Shown piece after piece: positions 11,792 to 23,722 of a DNA stretch of 64,000 bases (position 1 is its first letter; each line of letters begins with the position of its first letter). The notes under the pieces were generated by a model. It worked only from the letters and a program-made list of their open reading frames with translations. It had not been told where the DNA came from and did not search any database. The stretch is from Hydrolagus colliei (Eukaryota): contig CM068747.1 in the NCBI GenBank assembly GCA_035084275.1, positions 22,320,001-22,384,000 of the forward strand, given 5' to 3'. A program made the translations under genes and the position numbers.

Positions 11792-13044
11792 GTAAGGCTG
11801 CATTGCTGGATGTTTTTCTTGAATAGCTAAAATATTACTTTTTAAAATTTAAATTTGAAAAAAACACACAATAAATTAGGTCTTGTATATACCATGTGGA
11901 GAATGTATGAATTGGTCATTGCTAAATGCAAAGGAATTGTAAAAAGTGAATGTATATGCGAGAGTTTGGAAAATATATAATATATATCATATACAGTGTA
12001 TCGATTGCAAGGTGCTATATTATAAGTGTCTCACAATGGCGAATTATGCAGTTAAAGATTTATTGGAGATATAAAGCCTTCCAGATTATCCCCAAATCTT
12101 TTTCATTTTTCATTTAACCTTACTGGTACCCAGAATTTTAGATTCCCTTTTGTGGTGTGCATCGCCACATATTGAACTAGGGCTGCATTGCTCACCACAT
12201 TGCAGACATTTAAGAAACAACTAGATTCTATAATACAAAGATAGTAAGGTCATGATTCTGGGTGAATGAGATTGCACTGACATTTTCAGCTGAACACGTC
12301 TTGTCATTTTGGGGGTAACGAGTTGGAAGTAAAATAGAAGACACTTTGAAATGTTGCAGTGTTCTTTGCATAAATGTCGTTATGTTAATGAATGTAAAAG
12401 AACATTGCTCAAATCATTGTTAAAGCTGCAAAGAGTAGAAACAATCAAGGATGCAACTATGCAAGTTAAGTGTTCATCATCATTATTATTTAAACAAATC
12501 CTAGGAGGTTTACTGGCAAATGTGCACCTTTTTCAAACTGATATGAAAGTGAGTTATTTTTAATTCTCCGCAGTACTGATTTGAAGTGCCTTACTACAGA
12601 GCTGAATGCTTGACGGATAATATAAAGTTCAGGTTTTAATTATAGGTTGAATTGCCTTTGAAACTCATAATCGCGTTGAAAGGAATAATGAAATTGCCAC
12701 TTTGTACAGGAAAAAGCATATGCACGGAATAAATGATTAAAATATACAAAGTGCTATTACAACACATGCTATTGTTGTAAGGAACGCTTCAGATTTTGGC
12801 AATGTGTCCACACAGAGCACAACATCTGTGCTTCTGTACAGAGTACAGTGCTTTAATGAACTTCTCACTCTCAAGACCTGGAAGGCCAGAAGAACAGTAC
12901 TCGTGGATCTGCTGCAGAAAAATAACTTGCTGGACTGTAGTCACTGAATGCACATTTTAAGTATAATGCATCTTATCTCGTTTATGGGGAAGAAGGAGGG
13001 CATTCATCTAATGGATAACTGCTCACTTTCACCACAACCACAGT

Positions 13045-13357
13045 GGAGTCCTGAGGCTCAGTGGTTAGAGTACTCGCCTTACAAGCGAGAGTCCTCAGTT
13101 CAATTCCAGGCAGGGCGAAACATTGGGCAAGTTTTCTTACTCCACACGCCTAACAATCATCCCTCAAAAAAACCCAGTAATAAATTGGTCAATCCACGAC
13201 TGTTTGTGGGTCACTGCTGTGAGCAATTGGATGCCACGTTTCACCCACATATATACAGTCAATTCACTTGATAGTATATTCTGTGAAGCACTTTGAGACG
13301 TCTATATAAAAGACATGAAAAGCGCTATATCAAATGCAAGGATTATCATTATTATTA
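13045..13357 (+). mobile_element. tRNA-derived SINE, full length (Val-TAC-like anticodon arm)
   Basis: GGAGTCCTGAGGCTCAGTGGTTAGAG...CTCGC-CTTACAA-GCGAG...GTTCAATTCC; the tail ends AAATGCAAGGATTATCATT. Confidence 0.9.
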
Positions 13358-16300
13358 CAGTATTCTAGATCCCAGAGCAAATGGACTTCTGTGTATGGTT
13401 TGCTTACTCACTGGACAACAAAAACAGTGTTGTTATAGCATTCTCAAGAGGTTGTGACTATCAATTTAGTTGCTTTACAATTTTCCATTCATTAATATCC
13501 AGAGCTTAACTGGCGTCACTGGTAATCGCTCCTTTTCCCTATTTTCGAAGTGGCAACAGGGAACTCCAACTTCCAGATGATTTTTTCCAAAGTGATGCTG
13601 TGTGAGAGAGTGTTAGATCGATAACTCGGTTAAAAAACTTCAGATTGAGAATAATAAAATGCAGACGCGCATGCACTTTGGGGAAAACAAAAACTTTTAT
13701 TGACTTTGCAGCTACAAGTTTGCAAATTAATCAAAATAATTGCCCAGGGATTGCCATATGTATTGTTAATTAAATCAAAACATATGTAATATATCCACTT
13801 CCGAATGATTGAAGTCAATTATTAACCCGAGGGTAATGTTTCATCCTTCCAACATATTATTCCTGGTTTAAAAACTTGGTCTTGTACCCAGCCGTGTTGT
13901 TGCCAGGTTACAATGTTCATTCGTATTTCTCCAACAAAGGCATTGTTAACTCTGGAGCACTACCATTAACCTAGAGGGAAAAGCCGCGTAATGATATTTT
14001 TCCCATCTGTTTCACTCAAGCACTTTTTAAATACATCTTTCCTTCTGATATATCACTCTGTCTAATGTTGTTTTTATATTTGCATGTTTTCCAGTGCTGC
14101 AATTCCTTGTTAAGCGTGCAATATAATTCAACACAAAGCCTCCCAGCTTGAAAGGCTATATTAAATGGAAGGAATATTATTAGTATTATTATTAAACTAG
14201 CTTTTTGCTCATGTTACAAAGCTACTTGCGGTCTTGGAGATCTAGGCGTAAATAAATTTCACATCTGGTGTCAGATCATTTTGTTGGACCCAATATGTTG
14301 TTGAGTGGCAAGTGTCAATCAAGCTTTCCAGTTCATATTGCTCTACTAGAGACATGTGTTCGAATCCAGGTCAGGGTGAAACCTTGTTTCCTTACTCTAC
14401 ACGTCAGATAATAATCCGTCCAAAAAAGGCCTATAATAAATTGGTCATTTCAATCCATGACTGTTTATTATTATTACTGTTTGACTTCCAGCAGCCTCAA
14501 CACTCACCACGTTTACCAGATGACACCACTAGGTAGCAGTCTAACTGCTGGGATAAGCATTCGACAGGAAAGTAATCCCGAATCGATTATACTCCTGTAT
14601 GTACTTAGCCCCCAGACGGTTTTAGCAAACAGGGGAGAACACCAAGTCAAACGTATTATCAAATTGGGTGTCTGTCTTACACATGTTACAGGATTGCTTT
14701 GGAAAACCTTAATTTCTTTTAGTGAATATGTTTGTAAAAACTGGTCAGTGTCCTTCAATGAAATCGATGGATTGTCACTTGATTAAATTACAGACCACGT
14801 AATGATGTGATATTCGATCAAATAATTAATGCTTCATTTGAGTTTTAGAGAAAGAATTTTTTTTAATTTGGTATTGTCCTACACTTTGATAGGCATATTC
14901 CCCTTGCTGCTCACTGGATCAATATTTTTATTTCCTTCTTCCTTTTAGAAGCAGAAGAATATTTCCAGTAAATAAAGATTCCTTTGACCTAGAACGTTTG
15001 TGGTTTTGCTTTATTTGTGGCTGTCTTCGTGAATGAACTGGCCAGTTAATGGTGGACTAGCTAGTAGTAGCTTGTTAAAGAAATAATAAAGTATAATAAT
15101 TATTCCTAACTAGTTATTAACATTCCAAACATGTCAACATTCACTCTGTCCTAGCTTCCTTAAAGTTAGTGCTTTCTGCTTTTAAGGCAATTAGAGTTTG
15201 CATTATTGAATTTAATGCCCATCAGTTATTTTTTACAAGCTGCTGAACTGAGATCATTAATCTAGGTTTCAGATTTTCTATGTTCCAGTTTTGAGTTTTA
15301 AGAAACTATTGTACATATTGCTTATCAACAGATAAATTGGTATCCGTAGACACTGGAGTAATCACTTTCTATAGATGCATATCTTGTAAGCAAAACATAG
15401 CTATTGAATAACTGGAGTAACCAAATTGAAACCAAGTCGATGCATTTGGAATTCTGTCCCCCCAGGTTGATTTGTGAACGTCTGATTTGATTCACTTTGG
15501 AGAATGATGCTTTGTGACACAATAGGTTTAGGTAACTTCAATTGTTAAAGACTATCTATCTGTTTTATGTAAAACTGACCCACATGGGCACGGAAACTCA
15601 ATTGTTCAGTCACTGCTGCCGTGCAGCTGTTGTTGCTCAAAGGCATTGCAGTTGTCCTCGACAGTTTTGTACTGAAAAGGGTTGAAGTTGGATAAACAGT
15701 AACTATTCCTCTTTAATAGCCGGTGACCTCTGGCAAAACGTACAGCTATGTATACATCTGGGTGACAATGGCTTGGCAAACGCTGCAACAAGTACAACAA
15801 CTGGCATTTAAATATCGCACCCCTCACGCAGGGTATAGTGCTGCTCTCCGTAAGTGAAAGTGTGCTGATCCACACTTTCTGGGTTCACACGCTAACATCT
15901 TTGTGGTCTAATAAACAAGTTTGCCTTGCAGACTGCTAATCTAATGGTGGGTTTGCGTGTGTTTAGCCTTCGATGGCCCAGACTGTCTGGTGTGAAGATA
16001 GTAATTAAACATTGTAATAATTCACACAGTAACTTGGTAATCCATCTTGGAGGGAATATCTATTCTCTGTGTTTACCCTTGTGCACAATGTGGGTCTCTA
16101 TTCCCATGTAATTTATTGGAAGGAATTTGAATTTCCTCCTTATTTGCAGGAGACTTGCTCATTTATCATCTTTGTTTTTTATTAAGATAGGTTCTATATT
16201 CATCCATCAGCACCTCCAGGGATAATAATTTGGTTACTCAATCGGCGAGTGTTTGTGGGACACTGGTGTGCGCAATTCACCCACCAAAGGTACACTCCAT

Positions 16301-17618
16301 TCACTTTACAGTATATTCTGTGAAGCGCTTTGAGGCACCTTGAACACGTGATAAGGCGCTATATCAAACGCAAGGATTATTCTTATTGTTTCACACTTTG
16401 CTCATTTCGGGTACAGCTTTAATGTAAAAGAGGAGATTAAAAATAATTTGTCCATTGGAACTAGCACAGGGAGTGGACACCACAATCTGTTGCATTAGCA
16501 CACTTAATTTCTCATAATTGTTTTCTGTTCAGCTTTTGCCTCATAAACATAACGGTATTCATTTTATGCTAAGAGTTGTTATATCGCTATTGAATAACGT
16601 TACCGTCAAAGAGTGTTAGCATACAAATTGAGGCATTATCATGTTAATGGTGACTTTTCATTTTACACTTGGGATCGAAAGAGCTCCTGCTTCCCCTTTG
16701 GAAATACTGCCGGCTACAGGGAGTAAACTGATCGGCATTCGTTTTGCCTGATGATTACCCAGTGAATATCATTTTTCTTTGCTTTTCGGAAAGCATTGGC
16801 GATCGCCAGTCATTAGTTGGATTTTCAGATAGCATCGCATAAATTAAGAGTTTGAAAGACGATTGAAGCTGATGAAAATAGCGGCAAGGTCAGGCATTGA
16901 TTTTGCAATAGTGGTGATAAATGGAAAAACTCTACCAAGGGCCTGAAAGAGGGAATTCCACATGCTACGTTTCTGAGTTTACAACTTTCATGCCATTTAT
17001 AAATAACTTGGAGAGGCTCCTCGTATTATTGGAACAATTGCTATCATACTATTTGGACAAGCGATCAAAAGGACGAGGATAAATAGCATTCAAGGCGGTG
17101 TGTATAATTCAACGACTGGAGCTGAAAGAATTTGCCCGAGTTTCTGCCTCTGTGTTTTGCTTCTCTCCCCCTGTTAGTGTAGTTAGTGTCACAACTGAAG
17201 CCCAAAACTTATCAGACAAAACAATACTAATGCAAATTTACATTTATGTTACATTTACTTTCATGTCAGGAGGACATCCCCAAGGCACATGATTGTTCTG
17301 GGCTTGTACCTCAGCTGAGGGTGGGAGCTGAGGGGATTGGATCATGTGGCAATGATGGACTGAATACCAGAGAATATGTTTATTTAAAAATAACATAGAC
17401 ACCAAACCATTTACTTGAGCCTCACTACTGCCTCAGAATAATTGCAAACGGGTGTCAGTTTGCTCATGGGATGAAATGCCACACTTTTTCACAGTAAGAG
17501 AGGGGTCTACTGATCTACTGAACGACATTGGTCATAGAGTAGAAATATTAGTATTGGCAGCTGTGGAGGTGTCTACAGCTCTGAGTGCCTAACCTTCACC
17601 AAAGGATTAATAGATCAA

Positions 17619-17943
17619 GGAACTCCTATAGGTCAGTGGTTAGAGCACTCAGCTTACACACGTGAGACCTGTGTTCAAATCCAGGCAGATCAGGGCAAAA
17701 CCTTGGGCAAGTTTCCTTACTCCACATGCCTGATAATAATCCATCAAAAAAAAAAACACATTAATAAAAATTTATAATTTCAATCCATGATTGTCTGTGG
17801 GACACTGCTGTGCGCAATTGGCTGCCGCATTTCGCCCACAAAATATACAGTCAATTCACTTCACAGAATATTCTGTGAAGCACTTTGAGACGTCGATAGG
17901 ACGTGAAAAGCACTATATCAAATGCAAGGATTGTTATTATTAT
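17619..17943 (+). mobile_element. tRNA-derived SINE, full length
   Basis: Same head, core and tail as 13045-13357. Confidence 0.9.
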
Positions 17944-18779
17944 GTCAGAGGTAGATGGCATGTGGTGAAAGAAAGGGAGATCATTTGGAAAAAAAATTCC
18001 CTTGAATATGCATCTTCTTGTTTCTATACTGTTAACAAATGTACTGTTGATGGTTCGGTAAAATATAATTTTCAAGATACATATTCAAGGGATATTAAAT
18101 GTGGCCCACCAAATTTATCCAGCCTGACAAATAAGAAATGTAATGTTCCCCAAAATCAGAATATCAGCTAATCAGCTTCAGATCACGTAACTGGTTGTTA
18201 TAGTTGTTTGAAAAAAGTGAGGCAAAAAATAATCCTTGCATTTGATGTTGCGTCAATGATTCAAAACCCTTCACAGTTTTCCATCCAGCATTGCAAATTG
18301 TATTGGCAATCTGCCTGCTTTGTGCTTTCGATTAAACGATTCTTGCTTGCTTTAATTATGTGCAAGACCTAAAGGGTATTATTGTATAATTGCCAAAAGT
18401 TCTTATCGAAAGTGGTAATATGTACGAATGAAGCTGTCAGGGCATATATCAGAATCTGAATTAGATATCTTCTATCTGCTCACATGACAGCTTGGTTTGA
18501 TTAATGCATTGTATTCTGAGAAGCAACAAAATAATCAGCGTTTATGTGTGGATCCCCAGATCAGTTGTCCTATGGGAATAACACTACAGGATTTACCAGA
18601 GCAAAACAATTCCTATTTCCAAAAGATGTGTGGATCTTAATTGATATTAATAATTGAAATTTATTATCATTATCTCTACAATCGATGTAGGGGCTGTGAT
18701 GCGATAATGCCTCACAAGTGTAATGACTGTGTGTTTGTGAGTGTAGAATTATTAAAACTAATTGTTACCTTAACCTTAG

Positions 18780-18848
18780 TGTGCGCCTGTGTGTGTCTGT
18801 GTGTGTGAGTGTGTGTGTGTATGTATGAGAGAGAGAGAGAGAGAGAGA
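18780..18848. repeat. Compound (TG)n(GA)n microsatellite
   Basis: Directly visible dinucleotide runs. Confidence 0.95.
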
Positions 18849-19759
18849 CCCCCTTCACTTCTCCACATGTAGTGCTTGCAGCACAGCAGCATTATGTTAT
18901 ACAAAACACTTTGTCTTGAGTTCCCATTTACTCATGAGTGATGCTTGACAGTGTTGACAGTTTATTCAACGGCACAGAGGTCCTCTGAACCTGATCTTAG
19001 CAGTGGTCTCACCCAATGTCTTCCTATATACACCTCAAGCAGGGGCCAATGGATTGCTATCAGGAGTCAGAAAATTATACAGTATAGTCCATGAAGCTTT
19101 GAGACGTCTCGAAGACTCAATAAGGTACTAGAGTATATCAAAAGCAAGGATTATTTTTATGATTATTATTACATTTTGGTGGTTCAAAAACGATTCTGGT
19201 CATAATGCAAGCAATCGTTTTGTCTTGTATTTTAGATCATAGTACCAGAAACACTTGTCTGTGGGGATAGGGAGCTATATTTTAATTTTGTTTTTAGATC
19301 TCTATACAGTTCCTTTTTATTTAATAGAAACTATGTTTAATCTCTTTGTATGAACGATGTGATTTGTAACCCGCTGGATTTTTTACTTCTGCTTTCATGT
19401 GTTTTTGCTAAGAGGTCAGTGTATTGCTATAATGTCTCTCATTTTATTGTTTCGGTGGGAATTACTAATGGTGTTTGCACAGATTTCGAGCAGTACAGTT
19501 TACATTTTGGTGTCCCATTCAGCAAGCTTTGAGATCCATTTTCCTGAAAGGAGCAGCACTTCTTCATTAATATTTAACAACATCTAACAATATTTAACTT
19601 GCTCTGTGCTTTCTTGTATTTATTTTGTTTTGATTGAAACTGTCTATTCCTCCAAGGTGTCAGGATCAGTGATGAATGCGACAGAGAGGAAGATAGCAAA
19701 CTTCCTTGCTTCTCACAAGATCACAAGGGTTAAGTTGGTTGAAGAAGGCTCTTTGGTTT

Positions 19760-20042
19760 ATTATAATAATGATAATAATCCTTGCGTTTTGATATAGCGC
19801 TTTTCACATCTTATCAACATCTCAAAGCGCTTCACAGAATATATTGTAAAGTGAATTGAGTGTATACTTGTGGGCGAAATGTGGCAGCCAATTGCGCACA
19901 GCAGTGTCCCACAAACAGTCGTGGATTGAAATGACCAATTTTATTATTGTGTTTTTTTTTGAGGGATTATTATTATTCGTGTGGAGTAAGGAAACTTACC
20001 CAAGGTTTTATCCTGATCTGGCTGGATTCAAGCACAGGTCTC
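19760..20042 (-). mobile_element. tRNA-derived SINE with part of the head missing
   Basis: Reverse complement of the same family from the tail through the B box. Confidence 0.88.
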
Positions 20043-22089
20043 ATCCAGTCTCATCCCACAAGAATTGTGGGATGAGACACAATTACGTCCTTCCATCCCA
20101 CCATTAAGCTTATTTAAATGAGCCTCATGTCCTGAACTGACTCAAGCACCTTTCCTGGCAACCTATTCCAATTCTCAACGGAATTGATACAGCTTTGTGC
20201 TGTTGATTACAGTGAGCTGCAGCTGTCCTTTCATGTGTGGGAGAGCCATAACTCACATGCCCTTTGTTTATGTGAAAGAATGCCTGAAGCTCACCTTTCG
20301 TTTATTCCACTGTGTGCAGCTGTAGCTGCTGGGAATATCAACGTTGAGACTAATGCATGCATTCTGCACAGATGATAATTTTACATGTTTAGAAAATAGC
20401 TCAGCAAAATTACTGGTCACTGTAACAAAATAATCATGCGTTTGCTATACAGTATATATATTTTTTAAAAGTATAAAGTTACTGGAGAATAGAAACATAT
20501 TGCTGCAGTCTCAATAGATTTATTGCCACAGTAACAGGTGCAGATTGCCACTCTCTTTTGTTAATCTGTATTAAGCTACAGGGCAAGAAATTCCCCTTTG
20601 GCATTCAGTGTAGCACCTTTCTCGATGCGCTTGTAATGTAAGAGTATAATTGCGCATTGTACTGGACTGAGCATTGTTAGTTTTCTTTTTTAAAAACACA
20701 AGTCGGTGAATTATTTGCATTAAACAAATTGCAGTGTTGATCATCATGAAGCAGGGTTCCAGCTGTAGTTTTCAAAAAGTATGTGCGATGGAAAATGAAA
20801 CTGTCGTGGAATAACTCACAAAGAGATCAGGTTATTCGTGTAAATTTTTAACATGGTTTCCACAAACAAAGAAATTACACTCATGGGAACTCTGTCTCCA
20901 CTCAGGGCTTGGTACACTTGGTAAAATGTCTGATTATTACCATCAGAATCATTGGGTGGTTGAATTTGGCAGATATATGCCAAAGATATGTAACATTTCC
21001 ACCAGTAGAGAAGTTAATAGTTAAGACATTTGTGTTGGCTGCGAGAAAAATCCAGGTTGATAATAATATAACGTGCATTTGATGTAGCGTCTTTCACGTC
21101 GGGAGGATGTCTCAGATCGCTTTGCATGATTCACAGTAAAGTATAGTGACTGTGTGCTTTGAAAGCGGACACAAAGTGACAGTGCAAAATCAGAATGAGC
21201 CTCTCAAAATGTCCTAGGTGATGTCTGTAAAATTAGTTTCATTTTGTTTCTCAAAACAACAAGAAATATCACACTAAATAAGTTATTGGCTGTCTTCAAA
21301 ATAACTGAGCACTGTACAGTACGTACTTAGAAAGAGCAATCTAGTCTTTGTTATATAGCCAGAAATAATCAAGTCTGATAAGGTCAGCAACTTCAAAGTT
21401 TTGATTATCAACGCACCTTTGTTTCAGCCACTGTAAATTAAAATAGAAAGTGGGTGAGATTACATGAAATTGAATGGTCACTTGATATTGTAATGTCCCA
21501 TGAAAGAAATATTTGTAATCCTGTGAATGTGAACAATAATTTCAACAACATTTAATCGCCAGGGCTACTCAAAAGTTCTAATTAAATCAACCCTCAGTAA
21601 ACCGGATACCCTGAATCGACTTATCAAGATCTCCCATTACAATATAACAGTCTTGTCAGAATATAACATAATTATAGAGGTTCCGGAGAACTAAGGGGTT
21701 TGATTTCCCAAATATTTCTGCAACATCTGCCAGCATAGCATTCCCTCCTTTTCGGATATAATAAAACAGGAGTGCAAGATCTCGGTATTTGTCAGTCGCC
21801 TTCCAGTATTGTTAACAAAAAAGAATAATTTTCGCACTTGCCATTGTCACTCCAGGTGTTTAGTTGTGACATCAAGTTAAAATGTAATTTCCCAACTGGG
21901 CTTTTCATGGTATTGTTAGAAGGTGCTTCAACTACATGACCTTTTCTCAGAGCAATTTTATAAAGGATCGAAGAAGTTTTCCAACCTTTTTATTGTTGAA
22001 TTGCCATATGCTCATTCAGTGCTCCCTCTGTGCTTGTTTCCCAGCTTGAGTGTTTCCTGGTTAGTGTCCGGGTTTGTGAGAAATTATAT

Positions 22090-22431
22090 GTTGCCATGCA
22101 ATCCAGAGATCTGGGTTTGATTCCCTGGCAGGGCAAAACATTGGGCAAGTTTCCTTACTCCACACGCTTCTGTAAGTAGTAAGTAGGAACCCAGTTGTTA
22201 GTCGATTGGCGGATTGCTTTTCTGGGGTACTAATTCCTTCAAAATAAGAATAAGGAATCGGTCTCTTAACCCAGGACTGTTTGTGAGATACTGCTGTGTG
22301 CAATTGGTTGCCACATTTTGCTCCCAAAATATACAGTCAATTCACTTTACACTATATTCTGTGAAGCGCTTTGAGATGTCTAGAAGACGTGACAAGGCCC
22401 TATATCAAATGCAAGGATTGTTATTGTTATC
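22090..22431 (+). mobile_element. tRNA-derived SINE, long-middle variant
   Basis: B box and TTGGGCAAGT core, an extra GTAAGTAGGAACCC segment, and the family tail. Confidence 0.87.
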
Positions 22432-23412
22432 ATCAACATATGAAGCCACTCATCCGACGGTAAACTGAGTGAAACTAAAAATCTGTGGAGAAGAACTATT
22501 ACAAAATTGAAACTTCCTATTGCATGCAATTTTTCAAAAGTACAATTTTTAATTCACCTGGATGCAAGCGTGCTTTACAATATATTTATTTCCCCTGAAT
22601 GTACGCAAAACACGAGATGCACAGCAATCAGAACTGTCAGCCTAACCCACAAGCAATGCCTTCCACTGACTATGATTTTGTTTCCCACAGATTCAGCACC
22701 TTGGGATGTCTTCCTGATGTGAAAGGCGCTACACAAGTGTAATTTTGTTGTTGTTATAGATTGAACAAAACAGAGCATTGTTCCTCCTCCAGCTACAGAA
22801 AGCTTTGAGTGGTGTATGATGGATGAAGCAACTCTAGCGGTTGTCAAATTTCTAAGACGCCTTGGCGTTTTGGATCAGTCCAAAAATTTCCAGACAGACT
22901 CCCGAGTGCTGAACGTCACACACTGCCTGTCCTGACAGATCTCAGCACTTTGTAGACATAAATTGGATAGAGAGTTGCCCTGCTGAGCAAAGGTTGTTGG
23001 AGGCTGCCAACAAAACAAAAGCTCTGCTTTTACTCCTTGGCGTTCGAGCACAAATTCTCTAGGTCTCCCTGTGGCTTTTGCAACCACTCGTGTCAATTTC
23101 ACAAACATCTGCCCTCACTTCTATTGTTTCCAGCTGCTTTTTTTGGTGCTGTCATTTCGTGCAAAGCACAAAAAGAATACAACTTTTTGTTGCTTCACAA
23201 TAAAGGACACGAAAGATCTCTGTTGTGATTTGGTGAAGATGTGGAAATCTGTAGGCGTTGAAAAGAGTTGTGGAGGAGAAACAAGATGTTCAGTGGAAAC
23301 TATAGAGGATACCAAATTTCCTGGAGGCTGCATTAGCAATGGAGGTGATCTTTTAGCTCCAAGGATATAGAGGCACCCAAGATGTTATTAGAATAACAAG
23401 ACATTTGTAGCT

Positions 23413-23456
23413 ATGTACACAGACAGTGTCAGCAAACGGCTATTAGAAGTGATAAG
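23413..23456 (+). CDS. Candidate additional alternative first exon MYTDSVSKRLLEVIR
   Basis: GCTATGT start with an in-frame upstream TAG (23389-23391). 14 codons + AG|gtaaag, the same phase-2 AG ending as the 28377 exon. Lies in non-repetitive sequence. No homologue recognised. Confidence 0.35.
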
Positions 23457-23644
23457 GTAAAGTGTTCCTTTTTAAGAGAGAGATTGTCTACTACCAGTTG
23501 AAAATCAAAGAAAGCTGATAGTTAAACTGAGAAGGTAGTCACAGTTGATTTTAAACAACTGTTATTACTTCACCAAAGGAGATGAGTGGGATCAAGGTTT
23601 AATAGTTATAATAAAAATATTCCTGCCATTTGGTATAGCATCTT

Positions 23645-23722
23645 ACAACAACAACAACAACAACAAAATTACATTTATAGAGCGTCTTTCACTACGGGAG
23701 GATGTCCCAAGGGGCTGGGACG
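23645..23722 (-). mobile_element. Very short L2 tail insertion with a 13-bp target-site duplication
   Basis: (ACA)n aaattacatttatagagcgtctttcactacgggaggatgtcccaagg, flanked by ggtatagcatctt at 23632-23644 and 23723-23735. Confidence 0.8.

Noticed and set aside
13045-13120. tRNA-Val(TAC)-like sequences at the SINE heads
   Set aside because: They continue into the SINE body and tail, vary between copies and lack a proper acceptor stem, so they are not tRNA genes.
14920-14975. Strong polypyrimidine acceptor ttccttcttccttttag
   Set aside because: The nearest donor-like site (CCA|gtaaat) is weak and gives 19 nt, and there is no PDE1-like peptide.
17960-18030. Peptide [11 protein letters not shown] in ORF 17791-18171 resembles PDE1 LKKNIEYAAS
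   Set aside because: The flanking residues do not match, there are no fitting splice sites, and it lies upstream of the 28377 first exon, where the shared exon cannot be. Treated as coincidence.
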